This document shows positions 39,894 to 52,169 of a DNA stretch of 64,000 nucleotides, in pieces. The translations under genes and the position numbers were made by a program. The DNA comes from Octopus vulgaris. Taxonomy: Eukaryota. How positions within the stretch are numbered: position 1 is the first letter of the stretch; each line of letters starts with the position of its first letter. The stretch spans positions 67,518,001-67,582,000 of the forward strand of contig OX597827.1 in assembly GCA_951406725.2 (NCBI GenBank). The letters run 5' to 3'. The notes beneath the pieces are model-generated. The model was not told the origin of the DNA, did no database searches, and saw only the letters and a program-made list of their open reading frames with translations.

Positions 39894-40098
39894 ATATATA
39901 TAGATATAGATACATGTATGAATATCTGTATATACATAAATACACAGACGTATACATTTATTAAATATATGTATGTGTACGTGTATATACATATATATAT
40001 ATATATATATGCATAACTTCGAGAATCGTTTAGAATTGCTCCCTCCTCTCTCGCTCTCTCTGTTTCGCTTTCCTTATGTATGTATGTATGTATGTATG

Positions 40099-40132
<34 letters not shown>

Positions 40133-40438
40133 TGTATGCATGTATGTATATATGTATAGATACATACATAGATACATACATACATAGATGGTTGTGTGTC
40201 GTGCATGTGTGTCTGTTTGTCGACACATATACATAAAGACAGACAAGCTGAGGTAGGCGGGCCCGAAGGTAATAGCTCCATAAAACACTCTTTTACACTT
40301 GGGAAAATAATAGGAACATTTATGGAAATTTTACTTATTGGAAACAAATTAGTTTCGCTATTGATCTGATCCCTACTATACATATATCTATGCCTGAATA
40401 TATGTGCACGTATGCGTAACTATGTACATATATTTTTG

Positions 40439-40487
<49 letters not shown>

Positions 40488-41047
40488 CATATATATATAC
40501 AAATTATATATAAATAGTGTAGATGCGTATATGCACACATTTATATGTTTACATTATATAATATATATATGTATATATATATATATATAAATATATATAT
40601 ATATACAATATATATATACACACACTAAATAGTGTAGATGCATATATGCACACATTTATATTTATATGTTTACATTATATAATATATGTTTACATTATAT
40701 ATATATATATATGTTTAAGTATATAAGTATGTATAGATTTTATTCTGGTAACAGAAGGGCTTTCAAATAACATATATATTTCAATATGTTCAGGGCTTGG
40801 CAATTTTACGTAATGGATTCTAAATCTTCTCAATCAACAGAAAAAAAAACAATATTTTGTATTAGCATGTGACGCAAAATGTTTGGTAATTATTTATGAT
40901 TTTTGCTTATATTTCCTGCATACGCATGTAGCTATGCATGTGCGTGTGTTCCTATGTGTGTGTGTTATGTTTGAATGTAAGTAGGTATGCGTGTATGTGT
41001 TTTTAGCGTACGTATATGGATTCTGCCTTTGTACGTGTGTATGTAAT

Positions 41048-41103
<56 letters not shown>

Positions 41104-41452
41104 TGTATGTGTGTATGTGTGGACGGGTGGCTTGATGGATGGATGGATGGCTGTATGCACGGTATGTATGTATGTATGTAAATTTAGTTTATATTACAAA
41201 TTTATATTATGTATTTTATTTGCATTACACATCTGTGTAATGTATCACCACACAAACACACACACACATACACACATAAATATGTATATGTGTGTATGTA
41301 TATGTGGGTGTGTATAATTAGAAAGATAAATAGATAGATATATAGATAGATAGATATACAAATGTATATTCATGTATATATATATGTATATACTTGCATA
41401 CGTATATGCGTATAGATACATATATACGCATATAAATACATACATACAGACA

Positions 41453-41790
41453 GACTTTGCCTTTCATCCTATCGGGTTGATAAATTACGCACCAGTTACG
41501 CACTGGGGACGATATAATCGACTTAATCCATTTGTCTGTCCTTGTTTGTTCCCTCTGTGTGTGGCCCCATGTGGACAGTAAAGAAATAAGAATCTTTAGC
41601 ACGCCGGGGGGAATGCTTAGCGGTATTTCGTCTGTCTTTACCCTCTGAGTTCAAATTCCGCTGAGGTCGGCTTTGCCTTTCATCCTGTCGGGGTCGATTA
41701 ATTAAGTAACAGTTGCGTACTGGGGTCGATCTTATCGACTGGCCCCCTCCCCCAAAATTTCGGTCCTTGTGCCTAGTTTAGAAAAGAATA
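41453..41790 (+). mobile_element. SINE B composite of two units with different tails
   Basis: Same architecture as 29430-29745. Confidence 0.85.
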
Positions 41791-41799
41791 AAGAGTACC

Positions 41800-42250
41800 T
41801 TTGAAACTAATAAGAAAAATCAGCTAGATTATGACAGGGGGATAGCAGTTTATTTAATGCGGCTGCCTGTAGCTTCAACCACGACTTCAAGACGGCGCTG
41901 GAACCTCGCGCATGTGCACTGTGCCAGTTTATGATAATCATGAACATTTGGTCATTAAACCAAAATTCCGCCCATCTGTAAGAGATTAAACATTGAGATG
42001 CAGAACTCTTTTCTCTGGTAGAAGAATACATGCCAAAAGAGCCAGTATTACTCGAGAATTCCATCTTGCATTACTTAAGTTTGGTATTTTCAGAAACTTT
42101 ACTGTATAAAATTTGTCGGTTTCTTGAAATAAATGGAAAGTTCTGGTCAAATGAGATAGAAATTTCATGTCATCTCGCGATCCTACTGATTCAGTAATCT
42201 TCTCTTCACCATTGTCGAAATTAGCCTGAAGTGTCTCGTAATTACTCATA
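41800..42250 (-). mobile_element. DNA transposase remnant, hATm-like
   Basis: RDDMKFLSHLT..KIPNLSNARWNSRVILALL resembles the RDDY..HARW motifs of hATm-type transposases. Confidence 0.5.
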
Positions 42251-42269
42251 AGCTCTGGGATGAATGTAT

Positions 42270-42720
42270 ATTCAATATTAGGAGATGATTTTTCTCCAAG
42301 TTCATGTGTTCTGTATTCTTGAGAAAACCTTCGAATACCTCTTTGGGCTTAGCCACAAGCTCAACTTTTGTGTTGCATGCAGAGCAGTTGGTGTCATACT
42401 CAACTTCGCCCCGCATATGATGACGCCCAAGATTAATATTGTGAGAATTAGGAGACCAGAAATTGAGGTTGGTTGAAATTTTACGACTACTTCTAATTCT
42501 TTCCAGATGTATGGTTAAAAAGCATAATCCAGGTGCCACACAAGCAGCAACTCTCTCCAGCCAGTGTTTGACCACTGTCTCCAGTAGTTTCATTTACCCA
42601 TTTGTATTGAGCCGAGATTCCTGTTCACAGATGTTGACAAAATGGCGTCACCCTCACTGGAAATACACCCAAAGACCATTATTACCTGTGGCGACTTGGT
42701 TTTCATGACGTTCATGTCAT
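42270..42720 (-). mobile_element. maT (DD37D) transposase remnant
   Basis: VMKTKSPQVIMVFGCISSEGD, KLLETVVKHWLERVAA, FWSPNS..CNTKVELVAK. Confidence 0.75.
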
Positions 42721-42804
42721 GTCCTACAACCTTTACAGAGCATTAAACAGCAATCATGGTGGGCGTAGTTTAATACCTAGCGCGAATCTTCATACAACAG
42801 CTGA

Positions 42805-43225
42805 GTGGAGGCACAATAGGCCCAGTGGTTAGGACAGCGGACTTGCGGTCGTAAGTACGCGGTTTCGACTCCCGGTTCGGGCATCGTGAGTGTTTATTGA
42901 GCAAAAACACCTAAGCTCCACGATGCTCCGGCGGGGGGGAGAGTGGTGAGCCCCGCTGTACTTTTTCACCACAACCTTATCTCACTCTTTCTTCCTACTT
43001 CTTCCACAAAGCAGAGGAACCCGTTAAAAGCCACCTTTTACGGAATGAGGATAACAATGTAGCTTTTGCGCCCGTGCAACCGCCAGTCTATCGCGTGTGG
43101 TGGGTGGATCTTCAAAATGCCACACGCATTCTTAGTAGCTTAGAGTTGGCTCGAATTAGAGATTATTCTTTGTGGCTAATGGCGTGATTCCTGATTGGAA
43201 GAAGAAGAAGAAGAAGACGAAGAAC
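42805..43225 (+). mobile_element. Chimeric SINE: C head with tail F, (GAA)n end
   Basis: Same architecture as 20839-21360; possible short TSD AGCTGA. Confidence 0.85.
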
Positions 43226-43431
43226 AACAACAACAAAAGCTGATTCATTTCCAATATTCAGATGGCTTCCAGTCTTTTACATCAATTAGCTTTCTTAAAA
43301 AACTATGTTTATGCTCTTGGAAGCCGTTGACTGCTTACGTATACATCAAGCTGTTTTTAAAAACAAAGGAGACATAAGATAATTGTCAATTTTAGTCTTT
43401 ACACGCTGCATGCACACACAACACACACACG

Positions 43432-43463
<32 letters not shown>

Positions 43464-43539
43464 CTCTCTCTTCCGATGAAGTGCTATGACATTAGATTGC
43501 GAAATGTTATCACATCTTTTGAAACACCCGGTGTATATG

Positions 43540-43584
<45 letters not shown>

Positions 43585-43771
43585 CAACAATTGTCTAACA
43601 TCGATTATAACTTTTTTATAGAAAAACCTTAGCCTATCTGACAGCCGTTTCTGCTTCCAATATTCTATGGTGTTGCCATTGAAAAGTCTGAGAATAATAT
43701 TCGTCATATGACGAATATTTTATTCTTTTATTTTATTTTTTCATGAGATAAATACCTTAATGCCTCTGGTA

Positions 43772-43819
43772 GCCGTGGATAGCACTATTTCGTCCTCTTT
43801 CTGGACTCTTCAGCACAAC
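43772..43819 (-). ncRNA. Canonical minimal type I hammerhead ribozyme
   Basis: Minus strand GTTGTG-CTGAAGA-GTCC agaaaga GGAC-GAAA-TAGTGCTA-TC-CACGGC; 6-bp stem I with 2 GU pairs; AUC triplet; AATAAA signals downstream. Confidence 0.82.
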
Positions 43820-45105
43820 AAAACTCGAAACCTTAAAATTACTTACTCAAAATAGTTTCCACATACCTCTAAATTTCTCCGGAAAAGTACCAACATGGTG
43901 CATAATGTTATTGTATGCTCTTCTAGATTGGGAAGTGATTAATGTGTCCTTTTTGTGGATTGAATGATCTAACCTTTAGCGCGTAATCTCTATGTATCCC
44001 CCAATGCCTATCTTACTTTCAAAGAGATAAAAGCAAAAGTTTTACTTGGTATTTTCAATCGAACTATCCACATACTTCTAGATAAAAAAAATTAATTCGA
44101 TTTCATATTAACCTCTTTTAATATCTTCAAATATGCTGGCCATATTCATGCATTTGATTCAACTACCTTTTCTGCAAATGCTATGGAATTTCTTGATCTT
44201 TTTTAAACTATTCACCTGAAGCAATAAGACTTCCATTCATTTCCTCAGCTTCTACTTCTTGAGATTGTTAAAATAAATTCAAACCCTTTACTGGACATTA
44301 GCACGGTAGAATTATCAGTAACGCAAACATATCACCCACACAGACACTATTTTTTTCTTCATATTTCCCTGATTTTATTGTCTGTCTCTTTTAGTTTAGA
44401 AAAGTATGACGCTCACTTGAATTTTTCATGACAACTTTTGTATTAGCAATTGATTTATTACGGCTGTTAAAGCTGACAGTTCAAGTGCTAATGATTCACT
44501 ATCAAAACTTTTCTCTTTTCCGCTTTCCACTCTTTTTGTATTTTCTAGATATGTGTCCAGTGTTATTGTGTTACACTTGGGCGACACAAAAAATATAACA
44601 AGGTAACGGAATAATTTTTTTAAATAATAATACTTTAAAAAATTAAAAAGATTACCTCTCTTTGTGTACCAGCGAGAACTCCCTAATAACTAACACTCCA
44701 AAACTCAAAAATAAGCCAAAGGTTTCTGGTTTAATTTTTACTTTATTTCGTGCGTAAAAGATTAAGAGGAAACTTTATTAGAATTTTGAAATATAAATGG
44801 GAAATAAGTTCTGAGAACGGCCTTGTAAGTGAGGGTGTTAGTGTTCTTGGCTATTAAATAGTTGTAATATTGATTTCAAATTTTGGCACAAGGACAGCAG
44901 TTTTGGGGTAAAGGGATCAAGTGGATTACATCGCTTCCTATGCTCAACTGGTACTTATTTTACCGACCCATGCAGATGAAAAGCAAAATCGACCTTGGCG
45001 GAATTTGAACTCAGAAATTGAAGACGATTTTACTAACGATTTTCTCCTAACGATTTTACTAGCTCACCGCCTTAAATTGTTGCAAAGTTAAGTTTCATTT
45101 CGTTC

Positions 45106-45273
<168 letters not shown>

Positions 45274-45285
45274 TATACATATACA

Positions 45286-47528
45286 TGATTGATTGATTGA
45301 TTGATTGATTGATTCTAGTTTCAGCTATGAGCTGTGGCCATGCTGGGGCACCGCCATTTGGTGTTGCTACTTGGTTTCACTTCATGGAGGCTTTCTAGCA
45401 ACTGCTATTTGGTGCATGAGAGAGTCGATGCAGCTGCCCTCATCTGCCCCTCCTGCCGTGAAGTTGGTTCATCTGGGACACCTGACAGGAAGAGATCCAG
45501 CTTCATTTTAAAGACATCTGTATCCACCCCATGCAGGTCTCTCAGGTTCTTCGGGAGGATATTGAAGAGCTGTGGGCCTCGGAAGCCCAGGCTATCACAG
45601 TATCTTGTCCTACATCTTGATGGCAGGTTTGGAGTCCTAGGCACCACGCAGTGGCGCCCAGTTCTGGCATTTGCGTAACTCTCGATGCCAAAGTTCAGGA
45701 CACTTCCCTCCAGGATCTTCCAGATGTATATTATGGCATATCTTTCCCGCCTACGCTCCAGGGAATATAATTTTAATCTCTTGAGTCTTTCCCAGTAGCT
45801 TACATTCTGCATAGAGGCTATCTTCTTTGTGTAGCTTCGTTGGATCGCCTCAAGTTCTGTGATCAACTTGACACTGGATGGTGACCATAGCTGAGAGCAA
45901 TAGTCAAAGTGGCTTAGGACAAGTGTCTTCCAGAGGACCATCATGGTTTCTTGTTCTCTTGTTCTAAAGGTTCTAAGAATCCATCCAGCCAGCCGTCTAC
46001 ATTTCATTGTCAGTTTAGCAACATGTACATGAAAGGTCGCGTCATCACTCATGTGAATACCCAGGTCACGCACTGATTGTGCCTCTGGGATTGCAATCCC
46101 TCCGGGTCCAGTGTATTCATTGGGTATTGCATTCAGTTTTGCATGCTGATAGTATAAAGCTTGAAACTTTCCAGCATTGAACTGCATGCTATTCTTTTCA
46201 GCCCACTTGTATATTTCGTCTAGCTCACATTGCAGGTGTTTAGTGTCCTCAGGGTTCTGTATTGCCTGTGAAACTTTTGTATCATCTGCATAACTTGTGA
46301 TCGTGGCTCTCTGCGTGGCTGAGGGCATGTCTGAGAGGGCCATTATGAACAGTAGTGGTCCCAGAACAGTGCCCTGCGGAACACCGCTCACTATTTGTGT
46401 GTTAATGGAGGTGGCCCCATTGGCTACTACCACCTGACTTCTATCCTTCAGAAAGTCATGAAGCCATTCTCCCAGTTTTCCAACTATGTTGAGATCACGC
46501 AGTTTGTGACATATCATTCCATGATCGACTTTATCAAAGGCCTTTGCAAAGTCGAGATATATCACTTCCACATTTGAGTGGTTGAGCAGCCGTTTCAGCA
46601 CCCAGTCATAGTGTTGTAGGAGCTGAGTTAAACAGCTTCTCCCTGGTCGGAAACCATGTTGGGTGTCGGGCAGCAAGTCATTCTCTTCAAGGAAGGTGAT
46701 CAGCTTCCTTCTGACTATTCGTTCCATGACCTTGCTGATGTGTGAGGTCAGAGAGATAGGTCTATAGTTCTTGGCTTCCGCTCTGCTACCTCCTTTATGA
46801 ATGGGGCATATTTTACCTTCCTTCAGTTTTCCTGGAAGTTTGCCAGCTGCAAGGAAGCTCTGAAAGAGGAACTGCAGTGGTCTTGCTAGGACTCTCTTAC
46901 ATGCTTTTAGGAGGATTGCCGGGAATCCATCGGGGCCAGTAGCTGAGTCTGTTTTCATTTCATCTATAGCCTTGGTTACATCGTCTTCATTTATATCGAT
47001 GTAATCTATCGTCGCCGCCTCTGATTTTATATCTGCAGTGGTAAAAAAGTCAGTTGGATTGGTGATTTGGAGATGCCCAAGGGGTGGAGTGAAAACACTC
47101 TTGAATTGTTCATTCAGTATTTCACTTACCCTCATTGGTTTTCCTGTAAGTGTGCCATCCTTTTCGAGGAGTGGCCCTATTCTACAGTGCACTGTAGCTG
47201 TTTCTTTGGCATACCTGTAGAAAGCTCTGGGGTTAGATTTTATGTTTTCTATAGCCCAGGCTTCTTTGTCTGCTCTTTCTTTTTCATGGGAGAGTTGCAG
47301 ACATTTTTCGATTTCCAACAGTTTTATTTTTAGGCGGGACTTTTCACTGCTTTCAATCTGTTTGTTTAGGCGATTTGAAAATTTCGTACGCCGTCTCATT
47401 AAAATTTTCCTCTCTCTGGGGATTTTGTTCTTGTGTACAGTGGCCTTTCTCTCTGGGACACATTTGTAGCATATGGCTTGCATTACAGACATGAATTGTT
47501 GAAGTTTCACGTCGATGTCTGGCGACAT
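45286..47528 (-). mobile_element. 5'-truncated CR1-clade-like LINE with 3' UTR and (AATC)n tail
   Basis: Complete RT domain, 3' UTR, (AATC)n tail at 45286-45312, inserted in (TA)n. Confidence 0.92.
45405..47528 (-). CDS. LINE ORF2 reverse transcriptase (no endonuclease domain; about 707 open codons)
   Basis: NYRPISLTS, QHGFRPGRSC, YLDFAKAFDKV, GVPQGTVLGPLLF, YADD, RDLG, LERRR; the first ~39 aa of the ORF-track call are SINE/microsatellite. Confidence 0.9.
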   Translation of the reverse strand: MSPDIDVKLQQFMSVMQAICYKCVPERKATVHKNKIPRERKILMRRRTKFSNRLNKQIESSEKSRLKIKLLEIEKCLQLSHEKERADKEAWAIENIKSNPRAFYRYAKETATVHCRIGPLLEKDGTLTGKPMRVSEILNEQFKSVFTPPLGHLQITNPTDFFTTADIKSEAATIDYIDINEDDVTKAIDEMKTDSATGPDGFPAILLKACKRVLARPLQFLFQSFLAAGKLPGKLKEGKICPIHKGGSRAEAKNYRPISLTSHISKVMERIVRRKLITFLEENDLLPDTQHGFRPGRSCLTQLLQHYDWVLKRLLNHSNVEVIYLDFAKAFDKVDHGMICHKLRDLNIVGKLGEWLHDFLKDRSQVVVANGATSINTQIVSGVPQGTVLGPLLFIMALSDMPSATQRATITSYADDTKVSQAIQNPEDTKHLQCELDEIYKWAEKNSMQFNAGKFQALYYQHAKLNAIPNEYTGPGGIAIPEAQSVRDLGIHMSDDATFHVHVAKLTMKCRRLAGWILRTFRTREQETMMVLWKTLVLSHFDYCSQLWSPSSVKLITELEAIQRSYTKKIASMQNVSYWERLKRLKLYSLERRRERYAIIYIWKILEGSVLNFGIESYANARTGRHCVVPRTPNLPSRCRTRYCDSLGFRGPQLFNILPKNLRDLHGVDTDVFKMKLDLFLSGVPDEPTSRQEGQMRAAASTLSCTK

Positions 47529-47539
47529 ATATATATATG

Positions 47540-47924
47540 TGTGGAGGCGCAATGGCCCAGTGGTTAGGGCAGCGGACTCGCGGTCATAGGATCGCGGTTT
47601 CGATTCCCAGACCGGGCGTTGTGAGTGTTTATTGAGCGAAAACACCTAAAGCTCCATGAGGCTCCGATAAAGGGTGGTGGCGAACCCTGCTGTATTCTTT
47701 CATCACAACTTTCTCTCACTCTTACTTCCTGTTTCTGTTGTACCTGTATTTGAAAGGGCCGGCCTTGTCACTCTCTGTGTCACGCTGAATATCCCCGAGA
47801 ACTACGTTAAGGGTACACGTGTCTGTGGAGTGCTCAGCCACTTACACGTTAATTTCACGAGCAGGCTGTTCCGTTGATTCGGATCAACCGGAACCCTCAT
47901 CGTTGTCACCGACGGAGTGCTTCC
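47540..47924 (+). mobile_element. SINE family C, full length
   Basis: Matches the 10585 copy; sits at the LINE 5' truncation point. Confidence 0.92.
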
Positions 47925-47926
47925 CT

Positions 47927-47973
<47 letters not shown>

Positions 47974-47974
<1 letters not shown>

Positions 47975-48152
47975 GTGAGAATTTAGAAAAACACAAAAGA
48001 CGAAGACGGGTGTGTAAGCAAAAAACAGATGTATTAGTTTAACGTTCGGGAAGTGAGAGAGTCTTTTACGTTTCCAGCCTACGTTCTTCGACAGAAAAGA
48101 ACACAGTAATAAACAGAAAGAGAAAATCGAAAAAGGTTCAGTGGCTAGCGAT
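47974..48152 (-). mobile_element. Penelope-like terminal remnant with hammerhead-like motif
   Basis: Sister of 9808-10035; minus strand TCTTTTCTGTCGAAGAACGTAGGCTGGAAACGTAAAAGAC. Confidence 0.55.
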
Positions 48153-48624
48153 GTATGTATGTATATATGTATGTGTGCGTGTGTGTATATGTATATATGC
48201 TAAAACAAAGACTTGAATTTATGATATTTTTTTTAATTTTGTACTTATTGTTTCACTAACATAGAAAATATATTTTATGAGAATAATTACTGATTTCAAA
48301 TTTTAGCACAAGACCTTCAAGTTCGAGGGAAGGAAGATAATTGAATACACTGACCCCAGTGCTCAACTGGTACTTATTTTATTGACCCTGAAAAATGAAA
48401 GGCAAAGTCTATCTCGGTTAAATTTGAAATCAGAACGTAAAAACGGACAAAATGCTGTAAATATTTTCCATCGTGCTAGCGATTCTGACACATCTCACCG
48501 CCCTCACATAGATATATATATAGTAACATGAATGTAATGATTTCATAATATAATAAATATTTATAATAAATATTTATACATACATTATTGAGTACCCATA
48601 TGTCATATAAAATAATTTGCTATG

Positions 48625-48856
48625 CAGATGCATGGCTTACTTGTTGTTCTCCTCATCGTAAGATGGTGGTTTCGATTCCTAGACCGGAAACGCGTTGTGC
48701 TCATGCGCAAAACACTTCATTTTACGTTGTTCAAGTTCACTCAGTTGGTAATAATGAGTTAACCCGCGACGGACTGGAATCCTGTCCGGGGAGGATGTAT
48801 ATTCGCCACAGATCCAGCAAACCGGCCTTACGAGCCTATGACTTGAGAAGGACCCT
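48625..48856 (+). mobile_element. Old chimeric SINE: D-like head/CORE with tail E
   Basis: GGTTTCGATTCCTAGACCGG..TTGTGCTCATGCGCAAAACACTTCATTTTACG..CACTCAG..AATGAG, then CCGCGACGGACTGGAATCCTGTCCGGGG..GACTTGAGAAGG. Confidence 0.6.
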
Positions 48857-49196
48857 TGATCCAATTTTGAATATACTTAACCAGAAATTTAACCTCATAC
48901 GAACAGTTTTCTTCATAAATGGGAAAACATTTACAAACATGCAATAGATAGCAGGGATTCGTAGAGGGGCTTTATGAGGACAAAACTCGGATTTAATCGA
49001 CTTTTCGCACATATATGTGTAAGTGTGCGTACGTGGGCGTGTGTTTGTGTGTGAGTTTGTGTGTGTATGTGTAACAAATCAAGACCGGAATGTTTATAAA
49101 ATAATTATTTACACATTGGCAAATTTAAATTTCAAATCATACTATATAAATACATATACAATACAGTATATGCGTCCGTGCGTGTGTGTGTATATA

Positions 49197-49229
<33 letters not shown>

Positions 49230-49244
49230 TTGTTTGTGTGTGTG

Positions 49245-49276
<32 letters not shown>

Positions 49277-50123
49277 CGTGTGTGTGTGTGTGTATTCCTA
49301 TTGGGAGAGGGCGTGATTTCTATCGACAAGAGGTGAAAAGTATGAAATTGGAAGCCACGTATTTGAACCTTGTATGCGTGTTTTGTTTTTTTCGTTTTGT
49401 TTTCTTTGTTGCTGTTTTTTTTTTTTTTTATTATTATTATTAATATACGTTATACAATTTCTGAACTCTGACCTTGTTCATCTGTCACAAACATTCACTC
49501 CTAACGCTCAAACTCTTACGCGTTCTCTGACAATTCTGCAGAATAGATTCGTTGACACTGATGAAAGCAACGCTTCGGTTTCATATCATTTTCTAATGTA
49601 TTCTGGTGTTAAGAGATCAGGTTATCATTGTTTCTTTTCTTCCAGAGCCAATCAGTGATGTATCGTCATGTATCAGCAAAATCAAGATTATTTATTCATA
49701 ATCACGTTCTCTTGACCACATACACACGCACACACACAGACGCGTATACACACACACACTCACGTACACACGTACAAACATATACATGCGTGTAAAGAGA
49801 AATATCTAGCAACAGATACATACACACACGCACACACATACACAGACACAGACACACAGAACTGCGTAGAGATAGACGCAAACGCGTGTAGACTTAAGCT
49901 CAGACACACGCAAACACGCACACACATACACTCTTTCATACATACACATACACACATACAAACACATACATGTGCATATAGGGAAGCCAACGCAATTGAT
50001 ATTTGCACACACACACGTGTGGAAATAGAAGCGATTATGTGTGGACTCAAACACAGACACACGCATTCAAATACACACACACGCATTCAGGCAAGCACAA
50101 ATATAAGCGCACTCACATGTACA

Positions 50124-50193
<70 letters not shown>

Positions 50194-50195
50194 TA

Positions 50196-50461
50196 CAATA
50201 ATCCTTGCCATATCGCGGTTCATCTATCACGGATTTTTCTGGCTAATATCGCGGATTTTTCTGGCTAATATATGCAAATTTATATTGTGGACTCCTCAGT
50301 ACATCTCGGATGTTTCTGGTTAATATATGCAAATTTATATTGTGGACTCCTCAGTATATCGCGGGTTTCTGCGACCGATAATTATTTAGATTTTTTTAGA
50401 TTTTAATTATTTGTGTGGGAGGTTATGGAGCGTAGTACCCGCGATAATCGAGGGATTACTG
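50196..50461. mobile_element. pogo/Tigger-like MITE with internal tandem duplication
   Basis: TA|CAATAATCCTTGCCATATCGCGG ... CCGCGATAATCGAGGGATTACTG|TA; internal TAATATATGCAAATTTATATTGTGGACTCCTCAGTA twice. Confidence 0.75.
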
Positions 50462-50468
50462 TATAGAT

Positions 50469-51600
50469 CAGGCTGAGTAAAAAGTAAGCAACGTTTTGAA
50501 ACATGAAATTTATAACAATATATTTGAACTATACGGAAATTATTTTCATCAAATTAAGTACCATTACAATTAACACGTTTTTGCCAACGAGTTACAAGTT
50601 TGTTTATTCCGGTAACATAAAAATCGGGAGTTCTGGAGCTGATGAATTCTCTGAGTGCACTTTTAGCATCGGTTTGATTTTTGCACTCCTCTCGCAAGAA
50701 ATCCTCCAAGTGCTTGGAAAAGTGATAGTCGTAGGAGAAAGGTCTGGGGAATAAGCTGGGTGGGGAAGAACTTTGTAGCCAATTTCCCTCAATTTCTGGA
50801 GCGTTATTAGTGAAACGTGGGATCGAGCATTGTCATGAAGAATTATTGGCCCTCTTCTGTTGAGCAGTCTGGGACGGAGAAGTAGCAATTTTTCGTTCAT
50901 TTTGGCAATTTCATGGCAATATGTTTCTGCAGTAATGGTGTTTCTGGATTTTAAGAAGTTATTGTGGATGAGTCCATGCAACAGTACACCACCAAGCACT
51001 CACCATAACGTTCTTCTTGAAGAGCTCAAGTTCAGGGAAAGTTTTTGGTGTTTCATTCTGGTCCAACCACTGCGAAGAAGTTTTTTTTTTTTCGTACAGA
51101 ATACACTTTTCATCGACAGTTACAATAGGTCTGGTAGCTGAGAAGAAGCGACGAGCAAATTTCATATTTGCGCGTTTTCTTATTTTCATTCAAATTGTGT
51201 GGTGCCCATTTGTCGAGCTTTTTTGATTTTCCGATCACATGCAAATGGTTGCAGGCAATTTTCTGGCCAACTTCAAGTTCTCTCACCAGTTCAGTTCTCG
51301 AGTGGTTTTGCGTAGATCTTTCTGAGTGACGATCAACTAAAGACCGTCATTAGTTGACCGTCATTGATGACAGATAGGCGTCCACTACGCGCATGATCTT
51401 CAAGTCTCAGTCTCAGGTCTCCACTGCAAAATCGTTTAAACCATTTTCACACTGACCGCTCTCTGGTAATTTCCTCATCAAACGTTTCGTCGATATCGCG
51501 AGCAATTTCAGTTGCTTTACGTCCTTTATTGAAGTTGAATAGCTAAATTTCTCGAACATCTCGCTTTGATAGTTCCATTTCAGATTATTGTAACAACGAG
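50469..51600 (-). pseudogene. mariner (DD34D, Hsmar1/Mos1-like) transposase pseudogene
   Basis: MELSKRDVRE..KWFKRFCSGD; IVTVDEK; ILHDNARSH; VLPHPAYSPDLSPT; multiple stops and frameshifts. Confidence 0.88.
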
Positions 51601-52169
51601 TGCTTTATTGCCCACAGAGGGACAGTACAAAAATGGACAAAGACACAAAATAAAACGAATGACAAGGATGGTATAAAAATTTAATGGAGGAAATGAATGT
51701 CACTCGAACCCCACAATACAAGTGACTTCATTGAAACTTTTTCTAAAACAATTAATCATTTAATCATTACTCAATATCTCCATGTTGAAATCTTTTAAAA
51801 GCTCATAATAGCTTACCGTTGATTACATTTCCCTGGTATCTATTTCCATTTGTGTGATACTGACATTTGCTCTGAAATCCTCTCTTAATCTTTGCGCTTT
51901 TTTTCTGTCCATTAATGTACATTTAACATTCGAGAGCACTCACTAACACTCTTCAATACCGAATTTTATCGACTCGTCCAGACTGCATATTCTCCAGAAC
52001 ACCTCAACGAATGACCCCTTCTAGAAAACCCTGCAACTCTTTTCACAGTGTGGAGGCTGGGAAATTTGGGGTTCCTGTTTGTTTGTAGCTATAGCGTCAG
52101 TGTCTGGAGTGGTAGGGTGAAGGTTGATATCTGCAGGAGGAGGGTGGGTGAAGTTGAGCGCGATGGGGT

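Noticed and set aside
47529-47645. N-terminal extension of the 746-aa ORF
   Set aside because: Antisense SINE C head plus (TA)n, in frame by chance
49555-49585. CTGATGA-AAGC..GCTT hairpin
   Set aside because: GAAA absent
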